The notes: a model not told the origin generated them from the letters alone. A stretch of DNA of 64,000 nt from an uncultured Methylomirabilota bacterium (GCA_963705305.1 OY970067.1:1760001-1824000); one strand, 5' to 3'. Counted from the first letter of the stretch, positions 10,544-20,254 are shown. Translations and numbers: made by a program.

Positions 10544-11878
10544 TCAGAGACCCATGGTCTTCTCCTCTTCCGTCAGGCACCGATCGAGGATGCGGACGGC
10601 CTCGTCGATGTCCGGCCGGGTGATGACCAGCGGCGGCGCGAACTCCAGCGCGCTGTTCATGTGCTTGATGATGAGCCCTCGCTCCTTGGCGCGATCCACG
10701 ATGCGCTGCAAGCGCTCGGCCGGAAAGGGCGCGCGGATCGCCCGGTCCGCCGTCAAATCCAAGGCCGTCCAGAGACCCGTGCCCCGGACCTCGCCGACCG
10801 TGGGATGGTGCAGGAGCGTCCGCAGGCCGTCCAGGAAGTACTCCCCCATGACCCGCGCGTTTTCCACCAAGTTCTCCCGCTGCATGATCTCGATGTTCTT
10901 GAGGCCGGCGGCGCAGGCCACGGGGTGATTCATGTAGGTCTGGAGATTGACGAAATTCTCCACGGGGGCCACCACCGCATCCGTGGCCCCCACGGCCCCC
11001 AGCGGCACATACCCGCTGGAGATCCCCTTGGCCATGAGCACGAGGTCAGGCTGGACCTCGAAGTGCTCGATGCCGAACCACCGGCCGGTGCGGCCGAAGC
11101 CGCAGATGACCTCGTCCACGATGAGGAGGATCCCGTAGCGGTCGCAGATCTCACGGATGATGGGCCAGTATTCCCGGGGCGGGCGACAGGCTCCGAACAG
11201 CTGCTGGATGGGCTCTCCGATGAAGGCCATGACCTGGGCGGGATCCTCGAACTGGACCAGGCGCTCCACATCGCGCGCGCAGGCGATGTCGCAGGAGGGA
11301 TAGCTGAGGTGGATCGGACAGCGGTAGCAGTAGGGAGACTCGGCGAAGATCGTGCCCGGCGCGTGGGGCTCCATTATCTGGCGCGCGGGCAGGACGCTGC
11401 CCAGGACCCGCATGGCTCCCCCCGTGATGCCGTGGAAGGCGCCGCGCCGCGTGACGACCTTGAACCGCCACCGCTCCCCCCGGTAGGCATGGTAGTGGCG
11501 GGCCAGCTTTAGCGCCGACTCCACTGCCTCGGATCCGTCGCAGACGAACAGGAACTGGTTGATGGCCCCCGGCGCCAGGCCGGCCAGGACGGCGGCCAGC
11601 TCGATGGCCCGAGGATTGGCGTACTGCATGGGGGTGAAGTAATGGAGCGCCAGCAGCTGGTCGTAAACCGCCTGCGCCATCTCCTTCCGCCCGTAGCCGA
11701 TGTGGACCGGCCGGGTCCAGCCCGAGACCAGGTCCAGGTAGGCCTTGCCGCTCTGGTCGAAGATCCGCACCCCCTCCGCCCGGGTGATGATGCTGATCCC
11801 CTGCTCGAGATCGGCCCTCGACGTTCGGGGGTAGATGACGTGCGACTGGCTGCAGCCCGTGACGGTGGAATCCGGCAT
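10544..11878 (-). CDS. Class III PLP-dependent aminotransferase (omega-amino acid type)
   Basis: GSEAVE, FHG, DEVICGFGRTG, MAKGISSGYVPL. Confidence 0.92.
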   Translation of the reverse strand: MPDSTVTGCSQSHVIYPRTSRADLEQGISIITRAEGVRIFDQSGKAYLDLVSGWTRPVHIGYGRKEMAQAVYDQLLALHYFTPMQYANPRAIELAAVLAGLAPGAINQFLFVCDGSEAVESALKLARHYHAYRGERWRFKVVTRRGAFHGITGGAMRVLGSVLPARQIMEPHAPGTIFAESPYCYRCPIHLSYPSCDIACARDVERLVQFEDPAQVMAFIGEPIQQLFGACRPPREYWPIIREICDRYGILLIVDEVICGFGRTGRWFGIEHFEVQPDLVLMAKGISSGYVPLGAVGATDAVVAPVENFVNLQTYMNHPVACAAGLKNIEIMQRENLVENARVMGEYFLDGLRTLLHHPTVGEVRGTGLWTALDLTADRAIRAPFPAERLQRIVDRAKERGLIIKHMNSALEFAPPLVITRPDIDEAVRILDRCLTEEEKTMGL

Positions 11879-12102
11879 GACGCTCGCTCCTTTCCCACGG
11901 GATAAACTCGCCCGGCCCGGCCATCCCGCCGACCCTACCTCCAGCCACGGCCAGGTGTCAAGGCCGGGGAGCCCCGGGCCGCGCCGGAGTCCGGTTCTGC
12001 CCGGCCGCCAGGTATGGTAGACTTCCGCCAACCCTGGGTGGCTTCGGGGCGCTGGCCCGGATGTCCGCCGATGGCCACGCCGTCACGAGCCAGGAGGTTG
12101 GC

Positions 12103-13035
12103 ATGCACCTCGAGGCCGGTTCTCCGCCGCTCCATGTGGCCGTCACCGGATCGCACGGTCTCGTCGGCTCGGCCCTCGTTTCCCTCCTGACCACCCGAGG
12201 ACATCGCGTGACGCGACTGGTGCGCGGCGCGCCCCGGACAGCGGACGAGGCGGCCTGGGATCCCGTCCGGGGACTGCCCGATCCCTCCCGTCTGGACGGG
12301 GTGGACGCCGTCGTGCACCTGGCCGGCGAGAACATCGCCGCCGGCCGCTGGACGCCGGCGCGCAAGGAGGCCATCCGCCAGAGCCGCGTCCAGGGCACGC
12401 GGCGGCTGGCCGAGGATCTGGCGCGGCTGCCCCGACCTCCGCGCGTGCTGGTGAGCGCCTCGGCCGTCGGGTATTACGGGGACCGGGGCGACGAGGTGCT
12501 CCGGGAGGACAGCCCGGCGGGGGGTGGGTTTCTGGCCGACGTGTGTCGGGAGTGGGAGGCGGCGACGGAATCCGCCAGCCAGGTCGGCAGCCGGGTCGTC
12601 CACCTGCGCTTCGGCATGATCCTGAGCCCGGCGGGGGGCGCGCTGGCCAAGATGCTGCCCGTATTCCGGCTGGGACTGGGGGGTCGGATCGGCAGCGGGC
12701 GGCAGTTCGTCAGCTGGGTCGCCCTGGACGATGTCCTGGGCGTGATCCTCCACGCCATGGTGGCCGAGCGGGCGCGCGGCCCCCTTAACGTGGTGGCCCC
12801 CGCTCCCGTGACGAACGCCGACTTCACACGCACTCTGTCTCGCGTCCTGTCCCGGCCTGCCATCCTCCCCCTCCCCGCCCTGGCGGCGCGGCTGGCGCTG
12901 GGGGAGATGGCCGACGCCCTCCTCCTCGCCAGTGTCCGGGTGGTGCCCGCGCGACTCGTGGAGTCGGGATACAGCCACCGCTACCCGGACCTGGAGGCGG
13001 CCCTGCGCCACCTCTTGGGTTGCCAGGCAGCCTGA
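12103..13035 (+). CDS. TIGR01777 family NAD-dependent oxidoreductase (epimerase + DUF1731)
   Basis: VTGSHGLVG, HLAGENIA..RWT..RK, SASAVGYYG, FLADVCREWE; GGAGG RBS. Confidence 0.92.
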   Translation: MHLEAGSPPLHVAVTGSHGLVGSALVSLLTTRGHRVTRLVRGAPRTADEAAWDPVRGLPDPSRLDGVDAVVHLAGENIAAGRWTPARKEAIRQSRVQGTRRLAEDLARLPRPPRVLVSASAVGYYGDRGDEVLREDSPAGGGFLADVCREWEAATESASQVGSRVVHLRFGMILSPAGGALAKMLPVFRLGLGGRIGSGRQFVSWVALDDVLGVILHAMVAERARGPLNVVAPAPVTNADFTRTLSRVLSRPAILPLPALAARLALGEMADALLLASVRVVPARLVESGYSHRYPDLEAALRHLLGCQAA

Positions 13036-13072
13036 CCGAGGAGGCCGGACGCGCCCGCGGCACGGAGCCAGG

Positions 13073-13273
13073 ATGACGCCGATTCCTCCCGTGCGTCCCG
13101 TGTTCGGCAAGGTGCGCGTCATGTCCCTGGCCGGCATGCAGACCAAAACCGATGTCCGCGGCTACCTCGAGCGCGTCAACCGCTGGTGCCGGGAGGCGGG
13201 ACGACCGGATCTCGCCGTCACGGCCCCGGCCACACTCCCACGCACGAAAGGAGCGACCCATGCCACGCGTTGA
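13073..13273 (+). CDS. Hypothetical small protein (66 aa)
   Basis: Fills the gap between TIGR01777 and the selenoprotein gene, overlapping the latter's start; GGAG upstream; no family recognised. Confidence 0.4.
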   Translation: MTPIPPVRPVFGKVRVMSLAGMQTKTDVRGYLERVNRWCREAGRPDLAVTAPATLPRTKGATHATR

Positions 13274-13607
13274 TTGGAGCTACCATCGCCCCGGCTGAAA
13301 GACCTGTGCCAAGACGCAGGGGTTCCTTGCGCAGCATAACATTGACACCGCCATCCAGGTGGACGCCCGGAAGAACACGCTGCAGGAGAAGGAGGCTCTG
13401 GCCCTCCTCCGCGATGCGGACGAGATCTACGCCAGCAAGGGGAAGCAGGTGGTGCACGTGGACCTCAGGAAGGAGAAGCCGGACAGGAGCACGTTGCTCG
13501 GCCTCCTCCTCGGCCCCACGGGCAACCTGCGCGCCCCCACGCTGCGCAAGGGGCGGACGCTTATCGTGGGCTTCGACGAGGCGACCTACGCCGCGCTGCT
13601 CCGGTAG
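13260..13607 (+). CDS. ArsC-like thioredoxin-fold selenoprotein (UxxC), TGA at 13296-13298 read as Sec
   Basis: AAAGGAG RBS, then MPRVDWSYHRPG-U-KTCAKTQ in frame with LLGPTGNLRAPTLRKGRTLIVGF; hairpin just downstream of UGA; selD in the same window. Confidence 0.85.
13315..13331 (+). promoter_or_regulatory. Candidate bacterial SECIS hairpin of the ArsC-like gene
   Basis: CGCAGGG-GTT-CCTTGCG stem-loop 16 nt after UGA, G at start of apical loop. Confidence 0.6.
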
Positions 13608-13656
13608 CGGACGAGGCCGAGACCATCCGCGGGGATGCCGGAGGAGTGATCGCTCC

Positions 13657-14640
13657 ATGCCAGCTGCAGCCAGCTCGCAGCCGAAGACCTTGGGGAAAGC
13701 CATTCGTGTCGGGATCAGTAGCTGCCTCCTGGGCGACGAGGTCCGGTTCGACGGCGGCCACAAGCGGGACCGGTACCTCACCGACACCCTGGGCCAGTTC
13801 TTCGAATGGGTGCCCGTCTGCCCCGAGGTGGAGATGGGGCTGGGGACGCCGCGGGAGACCCTGCGGCTTACCGGGACCCCCGCGGCGCCCCGCCTGGTCT
13901 TCGGCAAGAGCGGCGGGGACCAGACCGAGGCCATGCAGGCCTGGGCCCGGCCTCGACTGGACGCGCTGGCCCGGGCGGACCTGTGCGGCTACATCCTGAA
14001 GAGTGACTCGCCCAGCTGCGGCATGGAGCGGGTGCGGGTGTACGGCTCGAGCGGGATCCCCGCCAAGACCGGCGTGGGGATCTACGCCCGGGCCCTGCTG
14101 GACCGCTTCCCCCTCCTGCCGGTGGAGGAGGAGGGGCGCCTGCACGACCTGTCCCTGCGGGAGAACTTCGTGGAGCGGGTCTTCTGCTACCGCCGCTGGA
14201 AGGACGCGACGGCCGGCCGCCTGACCCGGGGAACGCTGGTGGAATTCCACACCCTGCAGAAGCTGCTGCTCTTGGCCCACAGCCCCAGGCACTATACGGA
14301 AATGGGACGCCTGGTGGCGGACGCCAAGCGGCTCTCCCCGGCAGCGCTCGAGGCCCGCTACGGCGCGCTCTTCATGGCCGCTTTGAAGGTCAAGGCCACC
14401 ACCAAGAAGCACAGCAACGTCCTCCAGCACATGCTGGGCTACCTGAAGCGGGACCTCAACCCCCGCGACAAGGCGGAGCTCTTGTCCGTCATGGCGGACT
14501 ACGCCAACGGGCTGGTCCCCCTCATCGTCCCGCTCACCCTCCTCAAGCACCACCTCCAGCGGATGGGCGTCCCGTACATCCTGGACCAGGTCTACCTCAA
14601 CCCCCATCCCAAGGAACTCATGCTCCGGAACCACGTCTGA
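13657..14640 (+). CDS. DUF523-DUF1722 fusion (YbgA; TudS/RudS-type Fe-S thiouracil/tRNA desulfidase)
   Basis: GISSCLLG..VRFDGGHK, CPEVEMGLGTPRE, SPSCG, EEEGRL, HMLGYLK, YLNPHPKELMLRNHV. Confidence 0.9.
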   Translation: MPAAASSQPKTLGKAIRVGISSCLLGDEVRFDGGHKRDRYLTDTLGQFFEWVPVCPEVEMGLGTPRETLRLTGTPAAPRLVFGKSGGDQTEAMQAWARPRLDALARADLCGYILKSDSPSCGMERVRVYGSSGIPAKTGVGIYARALLDRFPLLPVEEEGRLHDLSLRENFVERVFCYRRWKDATAGRLTRGTLVEFHTLQKLLLLAHSPRHYTEMGRLVADAKRLSPAALEARYGALFMAALKVKATTKKHSNVLQHMLGYLKRDLNPRDKAELLSVMADYANGLVPLIVPLTLLKHHLQRMGVPYILDQVYLNPHPKELMLRNHV

Positions 14641-14786
14641 CCAGGGCCCAGGTCCTGCCCCGTTTCCCGGACAGGCGGCACCTGGCGTCGAGAATTCGTT
14701 TGCCGGAAGCGGATCGCGGCCGTAGTCTTGGCCGGCGCCGGGAGGCCGATGCGCGCTCGTTAGGCGTCCCCCTGGATCGAGGACAC

Positions 14787-15959
14787 ATGACCGGACTTCC
14801 TTTTGCGCTGCCTCCCCTGCTGCTGCTCACGGGGATCTTCTACCTGAACTTCGTCTCGCGGGTCGCCCTGGTCCCGCTGCTGCCCATCGTGGAGCCGGAG
14901 CTGGGCCTGGGGCATGGAGCGGCCGGCACGCTGTTCCTGCTCCAGCAGATCGGCTATGCCCTGGGGTTGCTGGTCTCGGGACTCGTCTCTTCCAGGCTCA
15001 CCCCTCGCCGGACCATCACTCTCTCCTCCATTGCCGTGGGGGTGGCCATGCTGGCCATCTCGCGATTGTCCACCGTTGCCGGCATGCATGTGGGGCTCGT
15101 CTGCCTCGGCACCGCCGCCGGCCTGTACCTGCCGTCCGGCCTTGCCACCATTACCGAGCTGGTCGCCTCCGCCCACTGGGGGAAGGCGGTGGCCATCCAC
15201 GAGTTCGCGCCGAACCTCGGCTACATCACGGCCCCGCTGCTGGCCGAGGTGGTGCTCCTCTGGCTTCCCTGGCGAGGCATCCTGGCGGTGCTGGGCGTGG
15301 CGGCCGCTCTCCTCGGGGGCCTCTACCCCGCGCTCGGGCGGGGCGGCGCCCAGGCGAGCGACCCGCCCCGCCTGGCCGGGACACTCCGGCTGCTCAACGA
15401 TCCCCTCCTCTGGATCATGGCAGCGTTGTTCGCGGTCGCCATCGGCGCCGGCCTGGGCCTGTACACCATGATGCCCCTGTTCCTGGTGAGCGAGATGGGC
15501 ATGGAGCGGAGCTGGGCCAATACCCTCACCGGTCTGGCCCGGATCTCCGGCCTGGCCCTCGTCTTCCTGGCCGGCTGGCTGACCGACCGCCTGGGGCAGC
15601 GGCGGGCCCTGGTCGGGTTTCAGATCACCACCGGGGCGCTGACCCTCCTCCTGGGTCTGCTTCGCGGACCGGTCGCCACCCCGCTCCTGGTCTTTCTCCA
15701 GGCGGCGGCGGTCGTCTGTTTCTTCCCGGCGGGCTTTTCCCTGGTCTCGCTCAGCTTCCCGCCGCAGCTCCGCAGCCTGGCGATCTCGCTGGTGACGGTC
15801 ATCGGCTCGCTTCTGGGCGCGGGGGCCGTCCCCTCCGCCGTCGGGTATCTCGCCGAGGCTTCCTCCTTCTCGCTGGCCTTCGCGCTGATGGGCGTCCTGA
15901 CATTGGCCTCCGCCTTCATGCTGCGGCTCGGCTCGGTGCGCGCGTCGGCGAAGACCTGA
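14787..15959 (+). CDS. MFS transporter
   Basis: About 12 TM segments; GWLTDRLGQRR motif A. Confidence 0.9.
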   Translation: MTGLPFALPPLLLLTGIFYLNFVSRVALVPLLPIVEPELGLGHGAAGTLFLLQQIGYALGLLVSGLVSSRLTPRRTITLSSIAVGVAMLAISRLSTVAGMHVGLVCLGTAAGLYLPSGLATITELVASAHWGKAVAIHEFAPNLGYITAPLLAEVVLLWLPWRGILAVLGVAAALLGGLYPALGRGGAQASDPPRLAGTLRLLNDPLLWIMAALFAVAIGAGLGLYTMMPLFLVSEMGMERSWANTLTGLARISGLALVFLAGWLTDRLGQRRALVGFQITTGALTLLLGLLRGPVATPLLVFLQAAAVVCFFPAGFSLVSLSFPPQLRSLAISLVTVIGSLLGAGAVPSAVGYLAEASSFSLAFALMGVLTLASAFMLRLGSVRASAKT

Positions 15960-16088
15960 TCCCGTGGGGGATGTCGGGAGACGGAAGGAGGCGGCGCGCG
16001 GACTCCGCCGGGGTGTAAGAACACACGGCCCCTCTCCGGATTGCGGGCGAATTCTGTCCGCGTCCGGAGAGGGGCTCGTGAATGGGGG

Positions 16089-17423
16089 CTAGCGGCCGGC
16101 GGCGAGGGCCTTGACGGTGTCCTCCGCGGCCTGGAGCACGCGGTCGATGTCCGCCGCCGTATGGGCCGCGGAGAAGCCGTGATGCATGGGCTTGCCGCCC
16201 GCGTCGCAGAAGAACACTCCCCGCCGGATCATCCCGGCGAAGAAGCGCACGCCCAGCTCCGCGTCATGCTTGGCGGTATCCCGGTAGTCCCGCACCTCCT
16301 CCCTGAAGCCGAAGTACAGCCCGAACCGCGCCCCCAGCCCCTGGCAGCGCGCGGGAAAGCCCTGGCGCGCGAAGATGTCGTTCAGGCCGGGATACAGCCG
16401 ATCGGCCAGGGCGAAGATGTGGTCGTAAAAGCCGGGTGTGCGGATCTCACGCAGGCACGTCTCGGCCGCCTTGATGGGGATCAGGTGCGCGTTGTACGTC
16501 CCCCCGTGCTCCGCGTTCCCCAGCGGTCGCAGGTGCTCCATGATCTCGCGGCGGCCGCCGAACACGGAGAGGGGCGTCCCGGCGGCGATGGACTTGCCGA
16601 TGGTGCAGAGATCCGGGACCACGCCGAAGTAGGCCTGCGCGCAGCCCGTCCCGGTCCGGAAGGCCGAGAGGATCTCGTCGAAGATCAGGACCACGCCATA
16701 TTCGCGGGTCAGCTCGCGCAGCCCCTGGATATACTCCTTGGGGGGGACGATGCAACCCGCGTTGTAGTGGATCGGCTCCAGGATCACCGCCGCAATCTCG
16801 CGCCCGTGCAGCCAGAGGGCCCGGCGCACCGCCTCCAGGTCGTTGCCGGGCAGGAGGATCACGTAGTCGGCGATGCCGGCCGGGACGCCGCCGGAGCGGA
16901 CGCTATGCCGGGGCGCGCCCGCAATCTCGTCTCCGCCGCCGAAGCCCCCATAGTTCCACATCACATAATCGTGGTAGCCGTGGAAGTGGCCGTCGAACTT
17001 GATGAGCTTCTCTCGCCCGGTGTACTCGCGGGCCAGGCGCAAGGCGTGCATGGTCGCCTCGGTGCCCGAGCAGGTGAATCGGACCATGTCCACGCACGGC
17101 ACCATCTCGGCCAGGGCCGCCGCCACCCGGGCCTGGGCCGGGGTCTCGCTGGAGCACACGATCCCGCACTCCAGGGCCTCCTGGACGGCCGCCTTGATGC
17201 CGGGATGATTATGCCCCAGGATCGTGGCCCCGTGGGAGGTCAGGAGGTCCACGTACTCCCGCCCCTCCACGTCATAGAGGTAGGCCCCCTCGCCCCGGGC
17301 GATGAAGAGTGGCCGCCCCAACGCCTTGCTGAAGCGGATGGAGGAGGAGACGCCGCCCGGCAGGACCTGTCGGGCGGCCTGGTACAGGGCGTCTTGCGTC
17401 GGGGTGATGGCTGGCTCAGGCAT
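16089..17423 (-). CDS. Class III aminotransferase, glutamate-1-semialdehyde aminomutase-like
   Basis: LPGGVSS, SGTEATMHALRLAR, KFDGHFHG, FDEILSAFR, GKSIAAG, GTYNA. Confidence 0.88.
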   Translation of the reverse strand: MPEPAITPTQDALYQAARQVLPGGVSSSIRFSKALGRPLFIARGEGAYLYDVEGREYVDLLTSHGATILGHNHPGIKAAVQEALECGIVCSSETPAQARVAAALAEMVPCVDMVRFTCSGTEATMHALRLAREYTGREKLIKFDGHFHGYHDYVMWNYGGFGGGDEIAGAPRHSVRSGGVPAGIADYVILLPGNDLEAVRRALWLHGREIAAVILEPIHYNAGCIVPPKEYIQGLRELTREYGVVLIFDEILSAFRTGTGCAQAYFGVVPDLCTIGKSIAAGTPLSVFGGRREIMEHLRPLGNAEHGGTYNAHLIPIKAAETCLREIRTPGFYDHIFALADRLYPGLNDIFARQGFPARCQGLGARFGLYFGFREEVRDYRDTAKHDAELGVRFFAGMIRRGVFFCDAGGKPMHHGFSAAHTAADIDRVLQAAEDTVKALAAGR

Positions 17424-17469
17424 GACGACCTCCTTGCCGCGCGGTAGGCGCGCCGTACCCTGCAGGCGA

Positions 17470-17640
17470 GCGGCGACGCCGTGGGGGCCAGGAGGAACTC
17501 CAGCTCCTGCTCCAGCCGCTCGAAGTGGGCCTGAATGGCCCGGTGTGCATCTGCGACCTCGCGCGCGGCCAGGGCCTTGAACATGGCCCGATGCCGGCGC
17601 GCCGCCGCCTGGAGATTCGTGTTGGCCCGGTCCCTCAAAG
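17470..17640 (-). pseudogene. Remnant of a GntR/FadR FCD domain
   Basis: AAARRHRAMFKALAAREVADAHRAIQAHFERL resembles the FCD C-terminal helices; no HTH or clear start; bounds approximate. Confidence 0.5.
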
Positions 17641-17660
17641 CCGGGAAGGCTCGGCGGCGA

Positions 17661-18188
17661 TCAGGCCGCGCCGGCCGGCGGCCGGAGCCCCGGCAGCATG
17701 AACTGGAGCCAGCGCACCGTCACGCGCGAGCCGAACACGTGGACCTGCTCGGGCAGCGCCTGCGACTCCGGCGCCTGGACCAGCGACAGCGACTTGCTGC
17801 CGACCCAGTGGTCGTTGGCATACAGCCGGAACTCGTAGCGACCCGGCCGCTCGAAGCGGAGGCCGGCGATCTGGAAGACCAGCTCCGCCGGCGTCATGCG
17901 GTCGGCGAACGTCACCCCCAGCCGCCCCTGGCCGACAACGGCCAGATCCTCCAGGCGAACCAACTCGAGGCGGATGCGGTATTCCCCCTGGGCGTCGGTC
18001 AGCTTGGCGTAGACGCAGAGCAGGCCGTGGAGGGTGGGGAACTGGGTGGCGCTGATGTTCTCGAACAGCCCCACCAGCGTGGTCTTGCCCGTGGCCTCGT
18101 CCTGCATGGCCGAATCGCACACGACCATGGCGTTCAGGACGGGATGGGGCGGGGCGGCGGCGGGGCTCGACTGCGGCGCGGGTTCCAT
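17661..18188 (-). CDS. Conserved hypothetical beta-sandwich protein (DUF6941-like)
   Basis: AMVVCD...TGKTTLVGLFENI..FP, F.RPGRYEFRLYAN. Confidence 0.7.
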   Translation of the reverse strand: MEPAPQSSPAAAPPHPVLNAMVVCDSAMQDEATGKTTLVGLFENISATQFPTLHGLLCVYAKLTDAQGEYRIRLELVRLEDLAVVGQGRLGVTFADRMTPAELVFQIAGLRFERPGRYEFRLYANDHWVGSKSLSLVQAPESQALPEQVHVFGSRVTVRWLQFMLPGLRPPAGAA

Positions 18189-18345
18189 GGAAGGGCATGC
18201 TACCATAGCCCGTCCCGCAGGCGCAACCAGACGCGCGCCTCCGAATAGCGTTGACTCCGGTCGGACCCTTGTGCGATTTTTCATTTCCTACACGTGCCGT
18301 TCACGACCGGAGGAAGAGCGTCTCTTTGACAGCGAGGAGGGTTCT

Positions 18346-19311
18346 ATGCTGATCGTGGTTCCGGATGACAACCCTCCGGTTCTGGCCGGCACGGCGGCGC
18401 TGGAGCGCTTGCGGACGATCGGCGAGGTGCGGCTGTACGACACGGATGCAACCAATCCCGCCGTCCTGACGGAACGGATCCGCGAGGCGGACGTGGCGGT
18501 GAACATCCGGGGGCGGACGCGCTTCACGCCGGAGGTGATGCAGGCCTGTCCGAAGCTCACGCTGATCTCCATCTGGGGAACGGGGACGGATAATGTGGAC
18601 CTGAAGGCGGCCGGCGACCGGGGCGTCACGGTGACCAACACGCCGGGTGCCAACGCCGTCTCGGTGGCCGAGCACACCGTGGCGCTGATGCTGGCCCTGA
18701 TCAAGCAGCTTGCCCCGGCGGACGCCGCCATGCGCCAGGGGGGCTGGCCGCGAAATCTGGTCCCCCAATTGCGCGGCAAGCGGCTGGGCCTGATCGGGAC
18801 GGGGCTCATCGGCCGCGAGGTGGCGGCCATGGCCGCGGGGCTGGGGATGGAGGCGGTGGCGTGGACCTACCATCCCGACCCCCGGTTCGCCGCCGGCGCC
18901 GGCCTCCGCTACGTGCAGCTGGACGAGCTCCTGCGGACCTCGGACGTCGTCTCGCTGCACCTTCGCGCCACGCCGGAGGCCCGCCGGTTCCTGAGCCGAG
19001 AGCGCCTGGCCCTCCTCAAGCCCACCGCCTACGTCCTCAACACGGCCCGCGGCGCGCTGATCGACGAGGCCGCTCTGGTGGAGGCGCTCCAGGCCGGGAA
19101 GATCGCCGGGGCCGGCCTGGACGTCTTCGAGACGGAGCCGCTGCCGGCGGGGCATCCCCTGTCTCGGCTCCCGAATGTCCTGCTGACCTCGCACTGCGCC
19201 GGCATGACACCCGAGGCCAACCAGACCGGCCTGCTGATGGCCGCGGAAAACATCGCGAACTTCCTGGCGGGGATGCCGACCCACGTGGTGGCCGGCCCGG
19301 GGAAGCGGTAG
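18346..19311 (+). CDS. D-2-hydroxyacid dehydrogenase (SerA-like, no ACT domain)
   Basis: GTGTDNVD, GLIGTGLIG, NTARG, LDVFETEP, TSHCAG; GAGGAGG RBS. Confidence 0.92.
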   Translation: MLIVVPDDNPPVLAGTAALERLRTIGEVRLYDTDATNPAVLTERIREADVAVNIRGRTRFTPEVMQACPKLTLISIWGTGTDNVDLKAAGDRGVTVTNTPGANAVSVAEHTVALMLALIKQLAPADAAMRQGGWPRNLVPQLRGKRLGLIGTGLIGREVAAMAAGLGMEAVAWTYHPDPRFAAGAGLRYVQLDELLRTSDVVSLHLRATPEARRFLSRERLALLKPTAYVLNTARGALIDEAALVEALQAGKIAGAGLDVFETEPLPAGHPLSRLPNVLLTSHCAGMTPEANQTGLLMAAENIANFLAGMPTHVVAGPGKR

Positions 19312-19495
19312 CCGGTGTGTGAGATTTCACCCATGAAATGGCCGCGTGGCCACTGTATGCGCTAAGGGACAAGACGTGCCGAGGGGAAGTTGCGCTCTTC
19401 AAAGCCGTCCGATGGCTGAGTAGACGAAGATCAGGGCGGGTTTCACGGGGATGCTGCGGTCGATCAGCCTGGGCGGCGCTTGGACGGAGAGCGGG

Positions 19496-19933
19496 TTAGG
19501 ATGTGATTGTGGCGAGGAAGCTCTTTGGTGTGAGGGTCTGCACGACCGAGGCGCCCCGCTCCAGTTGCTCGGAATCGAGGGTGACCAATTCGGCGGCAAA
19601 CAGTGCCGCAGACGCGACAAAGACTGCATCGGCGCCTCGTAGCCGGTGTTGGGCCGCGAGGGCAGCCGCTTGGCGAGCCAGCCCGTCGTCTAATGCCACC
19701 AACACGGTATTCGGGAGGTGGCCGATCGCCAGGGCGTATCGCTGCGCGACCTCATGGTCGCTCCCGGTGCGGGTCAGAGCCGCGGCGACTTCGGGAACCG
19801 CGAGCGTCGGGATAAAGAGCCGGGGACCCGCCGTCCGCACCCACTCCAGAAACTCCACACTGTGGCGGTGCCCCGGTTCATGGGGGCGTGCCCGGCTGAC
19901 AAAGACACTGGAGTCGATCGTGAGGAGCCGCAT
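19496..19933 (-). CDS. vapC: PIN-domain (VapC-type) toxin
   Basis: LTIDSSVFV, EVAAAL, LRGADAVFVA, LVTLD. Confidence 0.88.
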   Translation of the reverse strand: MRLLTIDSSVFVSRARPHEPGHRHSVEFLEWVRTAGPRLFIPTLAVPEVAAALTRTGSDHEVAQRYALAIGHLPNTVLVALDDGLARQAAALAAQHRLRGADAVFVASAALFAAELVTLDSEQLERGASVVQTLTPKSFLATITS

Positions 19934-20254
19934 CTATCGTCTCATCCGCGCGAGTTCCGTGGCCGCCGAGCGGAGCGTGCTGGGCGCCTCTGAGGCGAGT
20001 GCCGCAGCCAAAGCATTCCACGTTTCCCAGGCGCTGTTCTGCGGGGGGGCGGCGAGGAGCCGTTCTCCGGCATCCACTGGCACGATGAGGGCCTCCACCG
20101 CCCCTCGCCTCGTCACGGCGTAGGTGACCCGACGGGTCCGCACGTCCTTCACAATGGCCGAGGCATTGGTCTTCAGGGCCCGAATGCCGATCGACGCTCT
20201 TCGGGTGGGGGCTGTCCCGCTGGATCGCTTGGGTCGGCCGGATGCCTTTCGCAT
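19934..20254 (-). CDS. Phd/YefM-type antitoxin
   Basis: IGIRALKTNASAIVKDV..YAVTRRG..ALIVP; abuts the PIN gene. Confidence 0.8.
   Translation of the reverse strand: MRKASGRPKRSSGTAPTRRASIGIRALKTNASAIVKDVRTRRVTYAVTRRGAVEALIVPVDAGERLLAAPPQNSAWETWNALAAALASEAPSTLRSAATELARMRR

Noticed and set aside
5216..11512. Long track ORFs such as 5216-7483 (+), 7661-9394 (+), 7908-10133 (-) and 9596-11512 (+)
   Set aside because: Antisense or off-frame shadows of well-supported genes, typical of high-GC DNA; Arg/Gly/Pro-rich with no motifs. The same applies to most other overlapping ORFs in the track
16089..17423. Naming this gene hemL
   Set aside because: GSA-aminomutase-like, but signature positions diverge (GGVSSS rather than GGVNSP) and there are no heme genes adjacent
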